Assembly: GCA_029858305.1 (NCBI GenBank)
Contig: JAOUFI010000027.1
Location: 1 to 26,714, forward strand
DNA: 26,714 bases
Direction: 5' to 3'
Source: Candidatus Thorarchaeota archaeon
GTDB lineage: Archaea; Asgardarchaeota; Thorarchaeia; Thorarchaeales; Thorarchaeaceae
This document shows positions 24,696-26,714 of the stretch, piece after piece. Every line of letters starts with the position of its first letter. Position 1 is the stretch's first letter. The notes below the pieces were generated by a model that did not search any database, was not told the origin of the DNA, and saw only the letters and a program-made list of their open reading frames with translations. Both the position numbers and the translations under genes were made by a program.

Positions 24696-26045
24696 ATGGT
24701 TGATTCTCTTCTTGCTATTGGTGAGAAAGCAGTAAAATTAGCTGAGAAGTTGGGAGCTGACCAAGCTGAGGCCTATTTAGCTCAAAGTAGATCTTTCGAA
24801 ATAGAGGCTGAGAACAATGCTATCAAGGCCGCAAGCGAATCTAGAGATGTTGGCATTGGTATCCGTACAATAATTGACAAGAAGATTGGATTTGCATATG
24901 TTACAACTCTCCAAAGATCTGATGTTGAAGAGGCGGTTGAACATTCAATAAGTCTGGCTAGGGCTTCTATTCCAGATCCTGCGTTTCATTCACTCCCCGA
25001 CTCGCTCTCAAAGTATCATAATGCCATGGGACTCTTTGATAAACAAATCCACGATCTGACTGCAGAGGCGACTGCCGAACTAGTAATCCGAGTTATCGAT
25101 GCTACTAAAGAAGTATTAGATGGTCAAGACTATGCTATTGAAGCCGGAGTTCAGAGTTCGTCTAGTGTAAATGCTATAATAAATTCGCTTGGAATAGCCA
25201 AAACAGAGCCTAGAACATCTATCTCGCTTTACTCCTATCCTATACTGAAACATGATGATGATCAAACTGCGAGTTACGAGTATCAAATATCACGCAGATT
25301 GGATGAGATTGATCCAGAATGGGTTGGCAAGAGTGCAGGGGAACTTACTATAGGATTCCTCCATCCAAAGATAATTGAAGGTGGAGAAATGCCAGTAATA
25401 TTTGCGCCACTCGGTGCAAGTGCTATTCTTGGTCGCGGATTTGCAGATGCAGTAAATGCGGAGGAGGTCCAGATGGGTAGGTCCTACATAGCTGATGCAT
25501 TTGGAGAAAGGATTGCATCAGAAAATCTTGAGATTGTAGATGATGGTCTTCTTCCTAGCGGGATTGGATCGCGTTCTTTTGATGCAGAAGGTTATCCCTC
25601 TCACCAAACTTCGGTAATTGAAGGAGGTGTATTGAAAAGTCTCCTTCACAATTCCTATACCGCTAACAAGGATTGCGTTGATAACACAGGCAATGCAAGT
25701 AGGCCCTCCTATTCAGGATTACCAAGTATCTCGACAACGAACTTTATTGTTTCACCAAGGAATGGTGATATGAACACTTTCATCTCGGAACTTGATAAAG
25801 GCGTGGTGTGTAGGAACACAGGTGATCGACCCAATATGACAACAGGGGACCTTAGTGCGATGATAATCGAAGGTTATTATGTCGAGAATGGTGAAATTAA
25901 ACACCCTCTCAAGAACACATTGATAGGCATAAACATGCGGGATCTTTTGAAGAGAATCAGTCATATTGGAAATGATAGTCGAACTACCTATTCAATGGTT
26001 ACACCTTCTATCGTTATTGAACACGCAAATATCACATCTGGATAG
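24696..26045 (+). CDS. pmbA: PmbA/TldE non-catalytic partner of TldD
   Basis: GADQAEAY, GIGIR, SRSFDAEG, TGNASR and TTGDLS motifs, with no HExxH. It abuts the tldD stop (TGA ATG) and has GGAGG upstream. Confidence 0.93.
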   Translation: MVDSLLAIGEKAVKLAEKLGADQAEAYLAQSRSFEIEAENNAIKAASESRDVGIGIRTIIDKKIGFAYVTTLQRSDVEEAVEHSISLARASIPDPAFHSLPDSLSKYHNAMGLFDKQIHDLTAEATAELVIRVIDATKEVLDGQDYAIEAGVQSSSSVNAIINSLGIAKTEPRTSISLYSYPILKHDDDQTASYEYQISRRLDEIDPEWVGKSAGELTIGFLHPKIIEGGEMPVIFAPLGASAILGRGFADAVNAEEVQMGRSYIADAFGERIASENLEIVDDGLLPSGIGSRSFDAEGYPSHQTSVIEGGVLKSLLHNSYTANKDCVDNTGNASRPSYSGLPSISTTNFIVSPRNGDMNTFISELDKGVVCRNTGDRPNMTTGDLSAMIIEGYYVENGEIKHPLKNTLIGINMRDLLKRISHIGNDSRTTYSMVTPSIVIEHANITSG

Positions 26046-26046
26046 A

Positions 26047-26714
26047 CTACATTCGTTTGATTACCGGAATCCCTAGAAGACTCAGGCAGTTGGTCATGGT
26101 GATGATAAATGTCTTAACTAGTGCTATTCTAGCCTCCTTAACTCCAGGTTCTGCTCTCAGAACTGGGCATGAATCATAGAACTTGCTGAATACAGTAGCA
26201 AGTCCATATCCATAGCTAGTAAGTCTATTGGATGCAAAACTTGTTCCCCACACATCTTTCTTCATTGACTTTGCGACATCAATGATTTCTTCAGGGAATT
26301 TCGAAATTGTCTTCATTAGCTCGAACTCAATGTCAGAGTTTAGGATATGATAGTCTAGTTTCTCCTCTGGATAGTTATCGACCTTTTCGATGATTCTATG
26401 TGCTCTTGCGAGTGAATACTGAAGATATGGTGCTGCATCACCTTGGAAATCAAGTACCTCATTCCATCTAAATGTTATTTTCCTATCTGGTGAAGCATTG
26501 AGCATAAAATAGCGTATAGCACCTACTGCGACTTGGTTTGCAATCTCCCTCTTTGTAGCATCATCTTCATCTGGGTTGCGTTTGTGGACCTCAATCTCAG
26601 CCAGTTCAGTCGTCTTGTTTAAGACATCATCAGTAGAAAATCCAATCCACGTTCCAAGTCGTCCTGAGAAGTCTTCATCCTCCAAGCCCACAAATTCATA
26701 TGCTATATGATGCG
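26047..26714 (-). CDS. argS: Arginyl-tRNA synthetase, C-terminal part (5'-truncated by window edge)
   Basis: HHIAYEFVGL...FSGRLGTWIG (archaeal equivalent of the MSSRKG region), AVGAIRYFML, F.W..VLDFQGDAAPYLQYSLARAHRI, and the DALR domain FSKFYDSCPVL...ARIALV...LLGIPVIKRM. The frame stays open to the window end. Confidence 0.95.
   Translation of the reverse strand, partial: HHIAYEFVGLEDEDFSGRLGTWIGFSTDDVLNKTTELAEIEVHKRNPDEDDATKREIANQVAVGAIRYFMLNASPDRKITFRWNEVLDFQGDAAPYLQYSLARAHRIIEKVDNYPEEKLDYHILNSDIEFELMKTISKFPEEIIDVAKSMKKDVWGTSFASNRLTSYGYGLATVFSKFYDSCPVLRAEPGVKEARIALVKTFIITMTNCLSLLGIPVIKRM

Noticed and set aside
26047-26691. Track ORF of 214 aa as a complete stand-alone gene or pseudogene
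   Set aside because: The frame stays open to the window edge (HHIAYEFVGL...), so it is the 3' part of argS.

Overview
This is an archaeal window, most likely from an Asgard archaeon (Thorarchaeia-like). That call is inferred from the eukaryotic-signature gene content, the 24-aa LRR protein and the archaeal-type aaRS genes. The left half (<1..13855, minus strand) is one giant secreted or surface protein of at least 4,618 aa. It is missing from the ORF track because it runs off the window edge. It has a signal peptide, five DUF2341+LamG-like modules and a long stalk of Ig-like repeats. Next come an LRR protein, a Ras/Rab-like G-domain protein with a degenerate P-loop, a small wHTH regulator and a probable non-discriminating aspS. 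The core of the window is a compact five-gene ESCRT locus (18010..23181). It encodes a Vps28-N/Vps22(EAP30) fusion, Vps25, Vps4, a Vps2/24/46-class ESCRT-III, and a 538-aa protein with a Zn-finger cluster, coiled coil, PH/GRAM-like domain and C-terminal steadiness-box-like hairpin. Together these suggest a rewired ESCRT pathway that may be ubiquitin-independent. tldD-pmbA and the 3' end of argS close the window. I saw no RNA genes, CRISPR arrays or mobile elements. All domain calls come from motif recognition by eye, not from database searches.
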